Assembly (NCBI GenBank): GCA_018656065.1
Contig: JABHZY010000023.1
Coordinates: forward strand, 1-41,641
DNA: 41,641 nucleotides
Reading direction: 5' to 3'
Source: Candidatus Komeilibacteria bacterium
GTDB lineage: Bacteria > Patescibacteriota > Patescibacteriia > UBA1558 > GWA2-36-10
Part shown: piece by piece, positions 1 to 8,416 of the stretch
Layout of the letters: every line of letters starts with the position of its first letter
Numbering within the stretch: the first letter of the stretch is position 1
Notes under the pieces: model-generated
Database searches by the model: none
Seen by the model: the letters and a program-made list of their open reading frames with translations, nothing else
Told to the model about the DNA's origin: nothing
Translations under genes and position numbers: made by a program

Positions 1-18
1 AAGTAAAATATGTAAAAC

Positions 19-50
19 AAAAAAGCACCAACTAAAGTTGATGTTTTTTT
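19..50. terminator. Bidirectional intrinsic terminator-like hairpin
   Basis: A-tract, GCACCAAC-taaa-GTTGATGT stem, T-tract. Confidence 0.6.
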
Positions 51-160
51 GTTGGCTCCCCGTACGGGATGTCTTTAGAACTTTTTGTTTTGAAATCAAT
101 GGTGAAGAATTAAAAAAAACTGCAGATTTTAATTTTCTAATTCAAACTATTGGACATAAA
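45..160 (+). mobile_element. att-like duplicated tRNA-Asn 3' end with an orphan recombinase-like C-terminal tail
   Basis: TTTTTTGTTGGCTCC at 45-59 repeats exactly at 1071-1085 (tRNA-Asn 3' end); 53-160 reads WLPVRDVFRTFCFEING...KK* with no start codon. Confidence 0.45.
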
Positions 161-205
161 AAATAAAATTTGATATTCTAAATATATAATTATTTAACTA
201 CAAAT

Positions 206-1009
206 ATGAACAAACTAGAAGGTCTTCCACAAAATATTAATAAAAATAACATTGAATCAGCTGAAGATACAGATTATAGAGATGAGCAAGCTGAAAAATT
301 AAATGACTTAAGAAGAACAGAGGGTAAATTAGCCGCAATTGAATACTTAGACGTTCTACGATCAGACCCTCAATATCAAGAAGCTAGGCGCGATCACAAA
401 AATACCCTAGCACAAGCATCTAATGAAACGGTAGCTGAAGATATGATGTCTAAAATTGAGATCAAAGCAGCTATAATTACTAGGAGTTTAAATTTAGGGC
501 TGGCTAATTTATTAGCTAATGGTGAAAGTAGTGGCGTACACAGAAATCAAGATGACTTATACGAAACAAAAGACGACTTAAATACTGTCGAATTTATGCA
601 AACAGTGGGAGAAGAAGTGGCGGCCTTGGAAAATAATGGCACAGATAAAGAAACTGTATTGAGTAGCTTAACTGATAGAGTGGCGTTATTGACCGATGAA
701 CTAAAACCACTATGTGATAAATATAATTCCGAAAATAGAAAAAACTTTTGGGATCATAAATACACAGAAGATATAGCCAGTGTTGTCTCTAGTTGGTTTG
801 ACGGAATAAGAAAAATGATGACCAATAGAAGTATGGAAGACGCTTATTCGGAGATTATGAGTAAAGAATCTGAACGCGCTCTTATACAATGGATATTGCA
901 AAATGTGGAAGAGAGCGATGCAGATTTTAATGTTTCTATTATTATTGACAGAATGAAAATTAAGCAAAAACAATTAATAGAGGCCGATATAAAAGATTGG
1001 AAAAATTAA
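206..1009 (+). CDS. Hypothetical acidic, likely helical protein
   Basis: 267-aa ORF with upstream promoter-like AT region and downstream hairpin; no motif recognised. Confidence 0.75.
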   Translation: MNKLEGLPQNINKNNIESAEDTDYRDEQAEKLNDLRRTEGKLAAIEYLDVLRSDPQYQEARRDHKNTLAQASNETVAEDMMSKIEIKAAIITRSLNLGLANLLANGESSGVHRNQDDLYETKDDLNTVEFMQTVGEEVAALENNGTDKETVLSSLTDRVALLTDELKPLCDKYNSENRKNFWDHKYTEDIASVVSSWFDGIRKMMTNRSMEDAYSEIMSKESERALIQWILQNVEESDADFNVSIIIDRMKIKQKQLIEADIKDWKN

Positions 1010-1046
1010 ATTATTCACTAGTACACATTTAGTTAATTTGCTAAAT

Positions 1047-1076
1047 AAAAAACACTCAAATTATTGAGTGTTTTTT
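1047..1076. terminator. Bidirectional terminator between the ORF and the tRNA cluster
   Basis: AAAAAACACTCAA-atta-TTGAGTGTTTTTT perfect inverted repeat. Confidence 0.75.
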
Positions 1077-1078
1077 GT

Positions 1079-1153
1079 TGGCTCCGAGGGGGGGATTCGA
1101 ACCCACGACCAATTGGTTAACAGCCAACTGCTCTACCACTGAGCTACCTCGGA
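1079..1153 (-). tRNA. tRNA-Asn(GTT)
   Basis: Reverse complement TCCGAGGTAGCTCAG...CT-GTT-AA...TTCGAATCC...CTCGGAGCCA; cloverleaf with encoded CCA. Confidence 0.96.
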
Positions 1154-1176
1154 ATACTATAGATTTACAGAAAGCT

Positions 1177-1253
1177 TGGTAGCAGGGGGGAGAATTGAAC
1201 TCCCGACCTCAGGCTTATGAGTCCTGCGCTCTAACCAACTGAGCTACCCTGCC
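1177..1253 (-). tRNA. tRNA-Met(CAT), probably elongator
   Basis: Reverse complement GGCAGGGTAGCTCAG...CT-CAT-AA...CCCTGCTACCA; lacks initiator C1 mismatch and GGG/CCC anticodon stem; Ile2 not fully excluded. Confidence 0.9.
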
Positions 1254-1270
1254 TTAGGGCTAGTTTGTTA

Positions 1271-1570
1271 TTAAAAAATTTGGTAGCGGGGGTCGGACTC
1301 GAACCGACGACCTCCAGTAAGGGATGGGAACCAACTACAAAGGTTGATGTAAGCCACAAAGATAGCGGCCATGAAAAGTACGGTTACAACCGATAGTATG
1401 AACTTGGTTGGCACGGTCTTCTCACCCAGCATCATCGATAGGGCAACTAGGCCCAAGATGGCACTGAAAGCTATTTTGTAGTTTAGCACCGGAATCAGAA
1501 TGAGTCCGACAATTTGTAGCAGTGGCAGAGTAATAGCCCAAGTCCAGGGGCTAGCTAGAATTTTTCGCAT
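1271..1570 (-). CDS. Small membrane protein (about 3 TM) whose frame runs through the tRNA fragment
   Basis: AAGGAGG SD before ATG at 1570 (MRKILASPW...); hydrophobic segments; tail TGGRRFESDPRYQIF is tRNA-derived. Confidence 0.65.
   Translation of the reverse strand: MRKILASPWTWAITLPLLQIVGLILIPVLNYKIAFSAILGLVALSMMLGEKTVPTKFILSVVTVLFMAAIFVAYINLCSWFPSLTGGRRFESDPRYQIF
1281..1317 (-). pseudogene. 3' half of a tRNA (initiator tRNA-fMet-like)
   Basis: Reverse complement CTGGAGGTCGTCGGTTCGAGTCCGACCCCCGCTACCA: T-arm, acceptor 3' strand and CCA intact; no anticodon loop or 5' half adjacent. Confidence 0.8.
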
Positions 1571-1593
1571 TGCCTCCTTCACTTCCTGCGAGA

Positions 1594-1704
1594 CTAGGAT
1601 GATGTGCCAGGTAGGCACAGTATAAGGGTTAACAGAAGTGCCAACCCTAGAGTGAAATCGATGGCCGCAATGGCCGGTTTATGGTGCTGGGGGCTTTCTT
1701 GCAT
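1594..1704 (-). CDS. 36-aa single-TM peptide (not in ORF track)
   Basis: GAAGGAG SD then MQESPQHHKPAIAAIDFTLGLALLLTLILCLPGTSS*. Confidence 0.55.
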   Translation of the reverse strand: MQESPQHHKPAIAAIDFTLGLALLLTLILCLPGTSS

Positions 1705-1748
1705 TGTGGCTCCTTCCACGCTACAATTAATGTTACGGAATTACTTTT

Positions 1749-1778
1749 AGTTTATCCTTTAATTTCTATATCTGTCAA
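1749..1778 (-). promoter_or_regulatory. sigma70-like promoter for the small ORFs
   Basis: TTGACA-18nt-TAAACT on minus strand. Confidence 0.5.
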
Positions 1779-1784
1779 ACGAAA

Positions 1785-2327
1785 ATGGCCAAAAATAGCG
1801 GTAAAATTCAAATCTACACTGGAGATGGTAAGGGTAAAACCACAGCCTCTTTAGGCTTGGCTATCCGCGCTATTGGTAATGGTCTCAAAGTAGGTATCAT
1901 TTACTTTGATAAAGGTGGTGATTATTATAATGAAAGAAAAATATTAGATAAATTAAAAGCTGATGGATTAGAATATATAGCCTTTGGAGAACAAAGAATG
2001 ACCGAAGGCAAAGGCTTTCGCTTCAAAAATAACACTGAAGATTTACAGCAGGCTCAACTGGCTATTGATCAAGCTCTAACTTGGATGCAACAAGACTTTG
2101 ACTTGTTAATTCTTGATGAAATCAACACCACTGTTAAGACTGACCTACTAAAATTAGAAGATATTTTACACTTAATTAGTCAAAAACCAGATGATTTGGA
2201 GCTTGTCTTAACTGGTCGCTATTGCCCACCAGAAGTAATGGATAAAGCTGACCTAATTACTGAGATGAAAGTTATAAAACATTATATAAAAACTGGACTA
2301 CCAGCTAGGCCAGGAATTGAATTTTAA
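1785..2327 (+). CDS. cobO: ATP:corrinoid adenosyltransferase (CobA/CobO/BtuR family)
   Basis: YTGDGKGKTTAS P-loop, LLILDEI, ELVLTGR, ADLITEM and GIEF motifs. Confidence 0.92.
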   Translation: MAKNSGKIQIYTGDGKGKTTASLGLAIRAIGNGLKVGIIYFDKGGDYYNERKILDKLKADGLEYIAFGEQRMTEGKGFRFKNNTEDLQQAQLAIDQALTWMQQDFDLLILDEINTTVKTDLLKLEDILHLISQKPDDLELVLTGRYCPPEVMDKADLITEMKVIKHYIKTGLPARPGIEF

Positions 2328-2331
2328 ACAT

Positions 2332-2781
2332 ATGAACAAAACATTTAGCATCATCCTATTTTTAATCGTTGTATTTTTTATATCATTTTTAATTTGGTTT
2401 AAAGATAATGGCTTTGGACCAGGCGGAATAATTGACGCAGAAAATCAAAAAACCGCTAAAACAGAATATGCTTATTTACTGAATTTTGAATTTGACAAAG
2501 ATGATATAATTTCGGTAGAATATCCTTACACTTTTTCTCCTGATCAAAATCTACTTGAAATTACCGAAGGTGCAACTATTCAAGAAAATTGGGAATTTGA
2601 ATTTGAAGACTATGGAGATATGGGAGTGCTAATCACTCAAATTGGCGATAAGACAAATGGACAAGATCAAAAATATTGGCAATATTTTGTAGCTGGCGAA
2701 CAACCTCAAATATCAGTCGACAAATACTATCCACCGCTTGGCACAACTATAGAATGGAAATTTATAAAATCTGAATTTTAA
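2332..2781 (+). CDS. Membrane-anchored DUF4430-like protein (transcobalamin C-terminal-like)
   Basis: N-terminal TM; GVLITQIG...NG...KYWQYFVAG...SVDKY...IEWKF pattern. Confidence 0.75.
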   Translation: MNKTFSIILFLIVVFFISFLIWFKDNGFGPGGIIDAENQKTAKTEYAYLLNFEFDKDDIISVEYPYTFSPDQNLLEITEGATIQENWEFEFEDYGDMGVLITQIGDKTNGQDQKYWQYFVAGEQPQISVDKYYPPLGTTIEWKFIKSEF

Positions 2782-2787
2782 TAAAAT

Positions 2788-3312
2788 ATGAATAAAAAAA
2801 ACCTACTACTGATAGCAATAGTATCTCTAATAGCCTTAGTGGCTCGTTTTGTTCCACATCTACCAAATTTTTCACCGCTAGCTAGCGTCATGCTGTTTGC
2901 AGGTGTTTACGGACAATCTAAAAAATATATTATCTTGCCTCTCTTGGCATTATTTATCTCTGATGTATTTTTGGGATTTTATAAACTAGAAATTATGCTA
3001 GCGGTCTACGGATCTTTAGCTTTGATTGGTATTTTGGGGAGCTGGCTTAAGAAAAATAAAAATATATTAAATATTGCTAGCTCCACTCTAGGGTCTGCTT
3101 TATTATTTTTCTTGATTACAAATTTTGCTGTTTGGTATTTTGGCTCTTGGTATAGTCATGATCTAGCCGGACTAGCTCTATGCTACAATTTAGCCATTCC
3201 TTTTTTTAAAGCCACTTTAGCTGGCAATATAGTTTATAGCACCTTGCTGTTTGGAGTCTACGAAGGCGCTACTTATATAATCAAAGAACAAAGACTTGCT
3301 CTAAAAAAATAA
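2788..3312 (+). CDS. ECF S-component-like membrane protein (DUF6580-like), putative cobalamin uptake
   Basis: About 6 TM; RFVPHLPNFSP and GLALCYNLAIPFF motifs; operon with cobO. Confidence 0.75.
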   Translation: MNKKNLLLIAIVSLIALVARFVPHLPNFSPLASVMLFAGVYGQSKKYIILPLLALFISDVFLGFYKLEIMLAVYGSLALIGILGSWLKKNKNILNIASSTLGSALLFFLITNFAVWYFGSWYSHDLAGLALCYNLAIPFFKATLAGNIVYSTLLFGVYEGATYIIKEQRLALKK

Positions 3313-3325
3313 TTTTTATAATGAG

Positions 3326-3356
3326 AATGTCTCGTTAATAGCGGGACGTTTTTTTT
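3326..3356 (+). terminator. Intrinsic terminator
   Basis: AATGTCTCGT...GCGGGACGTT stem followed by T run. Confidence 0.65.
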
Positions 3357-3400
3357 ATTTTATGTTATAATAAAAACAAATAAAACATTAAAAATAAAAA

Positions 3401-4432
3401 ATGAACATCAATACATTATTTAAAAAGGCTACTGAAAATGGCGCTTCTGATCTTCACATTATAGTTGGTAAGCCACCTATCCTCAGAATTGATGGCGAAC
3501 TAAAAATAATAGACGGAGCAGCTGAAATAACTAGGGATGCTGCCGAGACTATGATTTTTAGTATTTTAACTGAAAAACAAAAAGTCAAATTTATTGAGGA
3601 AAGAGAACTAGATATTTCTTATGAAATTGCCAAATTTTCACGTTATCGTATAAACATACATTGGGAAAAAGATAATATCGGCCTAGTAGCCCGTGTAATT
3701 TCAAACGATGTTCCAAAATTAGAAGATTTGGGACTACCACCAATCGCCCATAAAATGATAGAACGTACCAGTGGATTATTGTTAGTAACTGGGCCAACTG
3801 GTTGTGGTAAATCTACTACTTTGGCAGCTATGGTAGAAAAAATAAATTCCATGCGTTTTGCCAATATCATTACCTTAGAAGATCCAATAGAATATATTCA
3901 CAAATCTGACAAAAGTATTATCAAGCAACGTCAGCTTGGCAATGACATGCTATCTTTTGAAGGTGCTCTGCGTCATGTTTTGAGACAAGATCCAAACGTA
4001 ATTATGGTTGGTGAGGTTAGAGACCTAGAAACTATGGCCGCTACTATTACTTTAGCTGAAACTGGTCATTTAGTATTAGCTACCCTTCATACTCATAATG
4101 CTGCTCAAACTATTGACCGTATTATAGATGTCTTCCCTCCCCATCAACAAGCTCAAGTTAGACTTCAGTTGTCTATTTCTTTAAACGGTATAATTTCTCA
4201 ACAACTTCTACCAAAAGTGGGTGGAGGTCGAATAGCTGCTAGAGAAATATTAATCAATACTCCTGCGGTAGCTAATATTATTCGTGAAAATAAAATTCCG
4301 CAAATAAAGAGTGTTATCCAAACTAGTGCCGACGAAGGCATGTTTTCTATGGAGCAAAATATCAAAGATCTTCTTCAACAAGGCCTAATAGAAGAAACTA
4401 CAGCTTTGGCTTATATTAATAATCTGCAATAA
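3401..4432 (+). CDS. pilT: Type IV pilus retraction ATPase PilT
   Basis: ASDLH, Walker A GPTGCGKST, TLEDPIE, LRQDPNVIMVGE, ETGHLVLATLHT, NIIRE motifs. Confidence 0.93.
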   Translation: MNINTLFKKATENGASDLHIIVGKPPILRIDGELKIIDGAAEITRDAAETMIFSILTEKQKVKFIEERELDISYEIAKFSRYRINIHWEKDNIGLVARVISNDVPKLEDLGLPPIAHKMIERTSGLLLVTGPTGCGKSTTLAAMVEKINSMRFANIITLEDPIEYIHKSDKSIIKQRQLGNDMLSFEGALRHVLRQDPNVIMVGEVRDLETMAATITLAETGHLVLATLHTHNAAQTIDRIIDVFPPHQQAQVRLQLSISLNGIISQQLLPKVGGGRIAAREILINTPAVANIIRENKIPQIKSVIQTSADEGMFSMEQNIKDLLQQGLIEETTALAYINNLQ

Positions 4433-5385
4433 TGGCAAAAATAGATTTAACTAAAATTACCTTGTTCAAAGATTTAAAAGCTGATGAGATATCACTGATC
4501 AAAGATTTTTTAGTTGAAGTAAAATATAATCAAGATGATCTTATATTTTCTAGAGATAAAATCAGAGACAAAATAATTATTGTAGATGACGGCCTAGTAG
4601 TTCTAGAAACTGATCTTAAAGGACCAAAAACTATAGCTATGTTCAAATCTGGAGATAGTCTTGGTGAGATGGCTCTAATAGAAAAATCTAGTCAACATCT
4701 ATACAGTGTCCGCGTAGTTAGTCCTGAATTCACTGGCTGGGAATTATCTAGCTATAATTGGCATACTATTATCAAAAAATCTCCTCAAACTGCTGAAAAG
4801 ATTTATCAAAATATTGCTCGTAATCTTAAAAATAGATTAACTCATGCTAATAATAAATTAGTTACTCTTTTTGCTACCGGTAAAATGATAGGTTCTTATG
4901 ACAACTTTGATGAACTATCTCACTCTGTTATGGAAATAATTCAAAATATTGTTGCCTCTGATAAATCATTATTTCTTACATATTCTCCAGAAACTAGAAA
5001 AGCCTTAGTCCATCAATCTCTAGGTTATAAAAATATCAAAGAAGGTCAAAATTTAGATGCTCATAAAGATAATGTACTTAACTTATTAGTCAAAGAACCT
5101 GGTACTAGTATTTTCAATCAAGATGCTTGGCCAAAAGGATCGTCTGATCTACCGTATAAATGTAATAATTTGATTATCACTCCTATCCATGTTAAAAATA
5201 GAGTCTTTGGCTTTATAATTCTAGGTGATCGAACAGATAAAAATGACTTTAGTGTTAATAATAAAATTCTTCTTAGAGCTATAGCTAATCAATTAGCACC
5301 AGCCATAGAAGATATGATCTGGGGTAAATTTTCCTCAGCTCAAGCTGAAATAAAAGAAATATATATAGACCCTTTTACTAAATAA
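4432..5385 (+). CDS. Cyclic-nucleotide-binding (CNB) plus GAF domain protein
   Basis: LFKDL...GDSLGEMALIE CNB signature; C-terminal PIHVKNRVFGFIILG...LLRAIANQLAPAIE GAF signature. Confidence 0.8.
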   Translation: MAKIDLTKITLFKDLKADEISLIKDFLVEVKYNQDDLIFSRDKIRDKIIIVDDGLVVLETDLKGPKTIAMFKSGDSLGEMALIEKSSQHLYSVRVVSPEFTGWELSSYNWHTIIKKSPQTAEKIYQNIARNLKNRLTHANNKLVTLFATGKMIGSYDNFDELSHSVMEIIQNIVASDKSLFLTYSPETRKALVHQSLGYKNIKEGQNLDAHKDNVLNLLVKEPGTSIFNQDAWPKGSSDLPYKCNNLIITPIHVKNRVFGFIILGDRTDKNDFSVNNKILLRAIANQLAPAIEDMIWGKFSSAQAEIKEIYIDPFTK

Positions 5386-5461
5386 ACTTAGTCTTGATTT
5401 ATTTATATTTTTTTGTTATAGTATGTGCGTTATAGCTTTAATAGGCTATTTTTAATTACCG

Positions 5462-5538
5462 GCACCTGTAGCTCAATTGGATAGAGCGGCTGGCTTCGGA
5501 CCAGTAGGTTGTGGGTTCGAGTCCTACCGGGTGCGCCA
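5462..5538 (+). tRNA. tRNA-Arg(TCG)
   Basis: GCACCTG...GCTGG-CT-TCG-GA-CCAGT...TTCGAGTCC...CGGGTGCGCCA. Confidence 0.93.
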
Positions 5539-5562
5539 TTTTACAAACAACTTTTTTATTCC

Positions 5563-5638
5563 GCCCTTATAGCTCAGCTGGTAGAGCAGTTGCCTCTTAA
5601 GCAAACGGTCGGGGGTTCAAGTCCCTCTGGGGGCACCA
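5563..5638 (+). tRNA. tRNA-Lys(CTT)
   Basis: GCCCTTATAGCTCAG...CT-CTT-AA...GGGGGCACCA. Confidence 0.95.
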
Positions 5639-5665
5639 TTCGATTACACTCATGGTCTACGACCA
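5636..5665 (+). repeat. tRNA-anchored REP-like element, short form
   Basis: CCA-TTCGATTACACTCA-TGGTC-TAC-GACCA starting at the tRNA-Lys CCA. Confidence 0.8.
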
Positions 5666-5778
5666 TTTAAAATAATCCTACTTGGGATTGTTTTTTATTT
5701 GACCTTTTTATACTTTCTATGATTATATGATAGTAGCTAACGTTCCAAGCACCACACTCTTTCCAAAGGAGCAATGAA

Positions 5779-6060
5779 ATGAAGAACACTCTAGTCTTGC
5801 TCCTAGTGGGCAACAAAGCACCAACTCCTGAGTTGGTCCAAGAAATGGCTCAAGATCAGGAAGCTAGATATCTGATCATTCAAGATCAAAATGGACCTAT
5901 AGGAGACCAAATACTGCACTGGCTAGCTATCACTAAAGCCCCTTGTGTAGTACGTATACTGCCCTATCATCCTGATCATAAAGGATGGAATCAAACAAAT
6001 CTCACTGATCTCAAGAGACGTCTGTTTCCCGAGTCTACACCCAGCTCGATGATCGCTTAA
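5779..6060 (+). CDS. Hypothetical protein (GC-richer single-gene unit)
   Basis: AAGGAG SD, upstream TTGACC box, downstream hairpin. Confidence 0.65.
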   Translation: MKNTLVLLLVGNKAPTPELVQEMAQDQEARYLIIQDQNGPIGDQILHWLAITKAPCVVRILPYHPDHKGWNQTNLTDLKRRLFPESTPSSMIA

Positions 6061-6192
6061 TCCCCTTTCCAGTTCGATTCTGACGAGGGGATTCTCTTTT
6101 AGATAGACATTATTGACTTATTTAGCTAATATGATAAAGTATTGTGTCCGCTCGTCCTTCGTCACCGCAACACCTTGAGAGGAGGTGAAGCA

Positions 6193-6777
6193 ATGAGTCT
6201 CTATTCTCTAGGACAAATGTCCTGCCAAATTGAAGACCGTTCACCTAGCCTGATTATTACTCTGAAAGGAGCTTTTGACCAAGATGTATTTCCTTTTATT
6301 AGGCACATCACTGAAGTAGACCAAAATGTAATCCTGGGCATTCCTGAAAGGAGATTTAAAGGCTTCATCTTTGACCTTTCAGAGGTAAATAAAGTAGGGA
6401 GAGAACTCGAAATCTTCCTAACTGACCTGTGCCAAAGGTGTCGAACTCTCTATCAGGGCCGTGGCATTTTCTGTGGCATTTTCGGTAGTAATCGAAACTC
6501 CCTAGAATTCCTCCGTACTTTCGGATATGCCAACGGCATCTGGAGTAGTCGAGACATCGAGGGAGCTGAGCTCCTATGCCATGCCGATGTAGTAAGATGC
6601 ATCCGAAAAACGCCCTGTAGAGACTACACTGTTGGTGACCTATATGAATTCGACGTTCAGCAGGGACCTCCAACTATATGGGTCCAAAGAACTGGTCCAG
6701 ACATGGGCCTATGTGGTAGAACGACGATTCTACAGCCGGCGGAGCTTCTACACTATTTTGCTCCGGCGACACTCTGA
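6193..6777 (+). CDS. STAS-like (anti-anti-sigma-like) domain protein with C-terminal extension
   Basis: GGAGGTG SD before ATG 6193; IITLKGAFD...FIFDLSEVNKVG...LEFLRTFG resembles the STAS pattern. Confidence 0.6.
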   Translation: MSLYSLGQMSCQIEDRSPSLIITLKGAFDQDVFPFIRHITEVDQNVILGIPERRFKGFIFDLSEVNKVGRELEIFLTDLCQRCRTLYQGRGIFCGIFGSNRNSLEFLRTFGYANGIWSSRDIEGAELLCHADVVRCIRKTPCRDYTVGDLYEFDVQQGPPTIWVQRTGPDMGLCGRTTILQPAELLHYFAPATL

Positions 6778-6816
6778 GGGGCGGTTTGTGCACACGCGAA
6801 CCGCCTCTTCCTTTTT
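6776..6816 (+). terminator. Intrinsic terminator
   Basis: GAGGGGCGGTT...AACCGCCTCTT stem followed by T tail. Confidence 0.65.
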
Positions 6817-6842
6817 ACTAAAATATCTGTTAAATTAACTCT

Positions 6843-7745
6843 ATGGAAATTACATATCAAAAAGAAACTAAAGAACGCCTGGATAAATATTTGCTAGGTC
6901 ATTTAGATATTACCCGTAGTCAAATAAAAAAAGTTATTTTAGCTGGGCATGTTACTGTTAATAATCAGGCAGCCAGTGTCCATCATTGGCTACGTTCTGG
7001 CGACAAAATAAATTATAATCCCCAAGAGCAACCCAAAGAAACTGCTTTTGTAGCACTCCCTAAAGTTATAGCCAAAACCGATGAATTTGTAGTAGTGGAA
7101 AAACCCCATGGCCTACTATCTCACGCTACTGACAAAGGTGAGCTCAATACTCTGGCTGACTGGGTCATGCAAGAATTTCCTGAAGCTATTAAAATTGGTG
7201 ATGATCCTCAACGTCCATCTATTGTCCATAGACTAGATAAAGAAGTGTCAGGTCTAATGGTCATTCCGCTTACTCAAGATAGTTTTGATAATATTAAAAA
7301 ACAATTTCAAGATAGAACAATCAAAAAAGAATATACAGCTCTGGCTCACGGTCAAATGATTAATGGCCAAGGTGAAATAAATACTCCGCTAGAACGTGAC
7401 AAAAAAACTGGTCTAATGAAAGTACAGTCTAGTAAATTTACTGGCAAGCCCGCTCTGACTACCTATGAAGTAATCAAAAAACTCATTAATTATACTTTGG
7501 TCAAAGTCCAAATTAAAACTGGACGTATGCATCAAATCCGCGCGCACTTCTATTCTATTGGACACTCTATAGTTGGCGATAGACTTTATCAAACTAAAGA
7601 TCTACGTAAAAAGAAAAAAGTACTAGAGCAAAGAATATTTTTGCATTCTCACTTTTTAAAATTTAAAGACCTTGAGGGTAATTGGCAAGAATTTAATTCT
7701 CCTCTACCTCACATACTGCAAGAATTTTTAAATAAAGCAAAATAA
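6843..7745 (+). CDS. RluA/RluD-family pseudouridine synthase
   Basis: S4-like RLDKYL...RSQI N-terminus; VHRLDKEVSG catalytic motif; TGRMHQIRAH. Confidence 0.92.
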   Translation: MEITYQKETKERLDKYLLGHLDITRSQIKKVILAGHVTVNNQAASVHHWLRSGDKINYNPQEQPKETAFVALPKVIAKTDEFVVVEKPHGLLSHATDKGELNTLADWVMQEFPEAIKIGDDPQRPSIVHRLDKEVSGLMVIPLTQDSFDNIKKQFQDRTIKKEYTALAHGQMINGQGEINTPLERDKKTGLMKVQSSKFTGKPALTTYEVIKKLINYTLVKVQIKTGRMHQIRAHFYSIGHSIVGDRLYQTKDLRKKKKVLEQRIFLHSHFLKFKDLEGNWQEFNSPLPHILQEFLNKAK

Positions 7746-8299
7746 TGAAATCCGAAAAAATAATTGCAATCATAACTGGGCCTTCTGCTGTTGGCAAAAG
7801 CACTATTGCCAAAGAAGTTTTAAAGCGTTTAAAAAATTTCAAACCATCGACTACTTATACAACTAGACCAAAAAGAAAAGAAGCTGAAGATAAAATAATG
7901 TATAATATTTCTGAGGCCGAATTTAAAGAAAAAATAGATAACAATGAGTTTATTGAGTGGGCTCATTTCTATGGTAATTTTTATGGTAGTGATAAAAAAG
8001 CTGTAGAAGAAGGGCTGAAAACAAATAATATTTTGATGAATATAGATGTGGAGGGGGCTACAATCATAAAGAAAAAAATAGACAATAACGTCTCTATATT
8101 TATATTGCCAGGCAGCATAAAAAAAATAAAAGAACGCATGGATAAACGTAATATGCCTGAACCTATGAAAAAATTACGATTAAAAAGAGCAAAAGAAGAA
8201 ATTGATCAGGCTAGTAATTTCGATCATCAAATAATAAATTATGATGGAAAATTAGAGCAAACTGTTGATAAAGTGGTTAAAATATTAGAAAGATACTAA
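7745..8299 (+). CDS. gmk: Guanylate kinase
   Basis: GPSAVGKST, TTRPKR, FIEWA..YGNFYG, IDVEGA. Confidence 0.92.
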   Translation: MKSEKIIAIITGPSAVGKSTIAKEVLKRLKNFKPSTTYTTRPKRKEAEDKIMYNISEAEFKEKIDNNEFIEWAHFYGNFYGSDKKAVEEGLKTNNILMNIDVEGATIIKKKIDNNVSIFILPGSIKKIKERMDKRNMPEPMKKLRLKRAKEEIDQASNFDHQIINYDGKLEQTVDKVVKILERY

Positions 8300-8331
8300 A
8301 AAAACGCTATTTTACTATTTGACATTTTGGG

Positions 8332-8360
8332 TTGACAAAATAAGGCAAATCAGCTAGAAT
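8332..8360 (+). promoter_or_regulatory. sigma70 promoter for rplS-tRNA unit
   Basis: TTGACA-17nt-TAGAAT. Confidence 0.65.
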
Positions 8361-8416
8361 AGACTAGTCATTTTAATACTAATGACTTTTTTTATAAGCA
8401 AATTAAGATAAAATGT

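Noticed and set aside
1620-1784. Cobalamin riboswitch upstream of cobO
   Set aside because: No B12-box seen; the region is occupied by a divergent promoter and small ORF.
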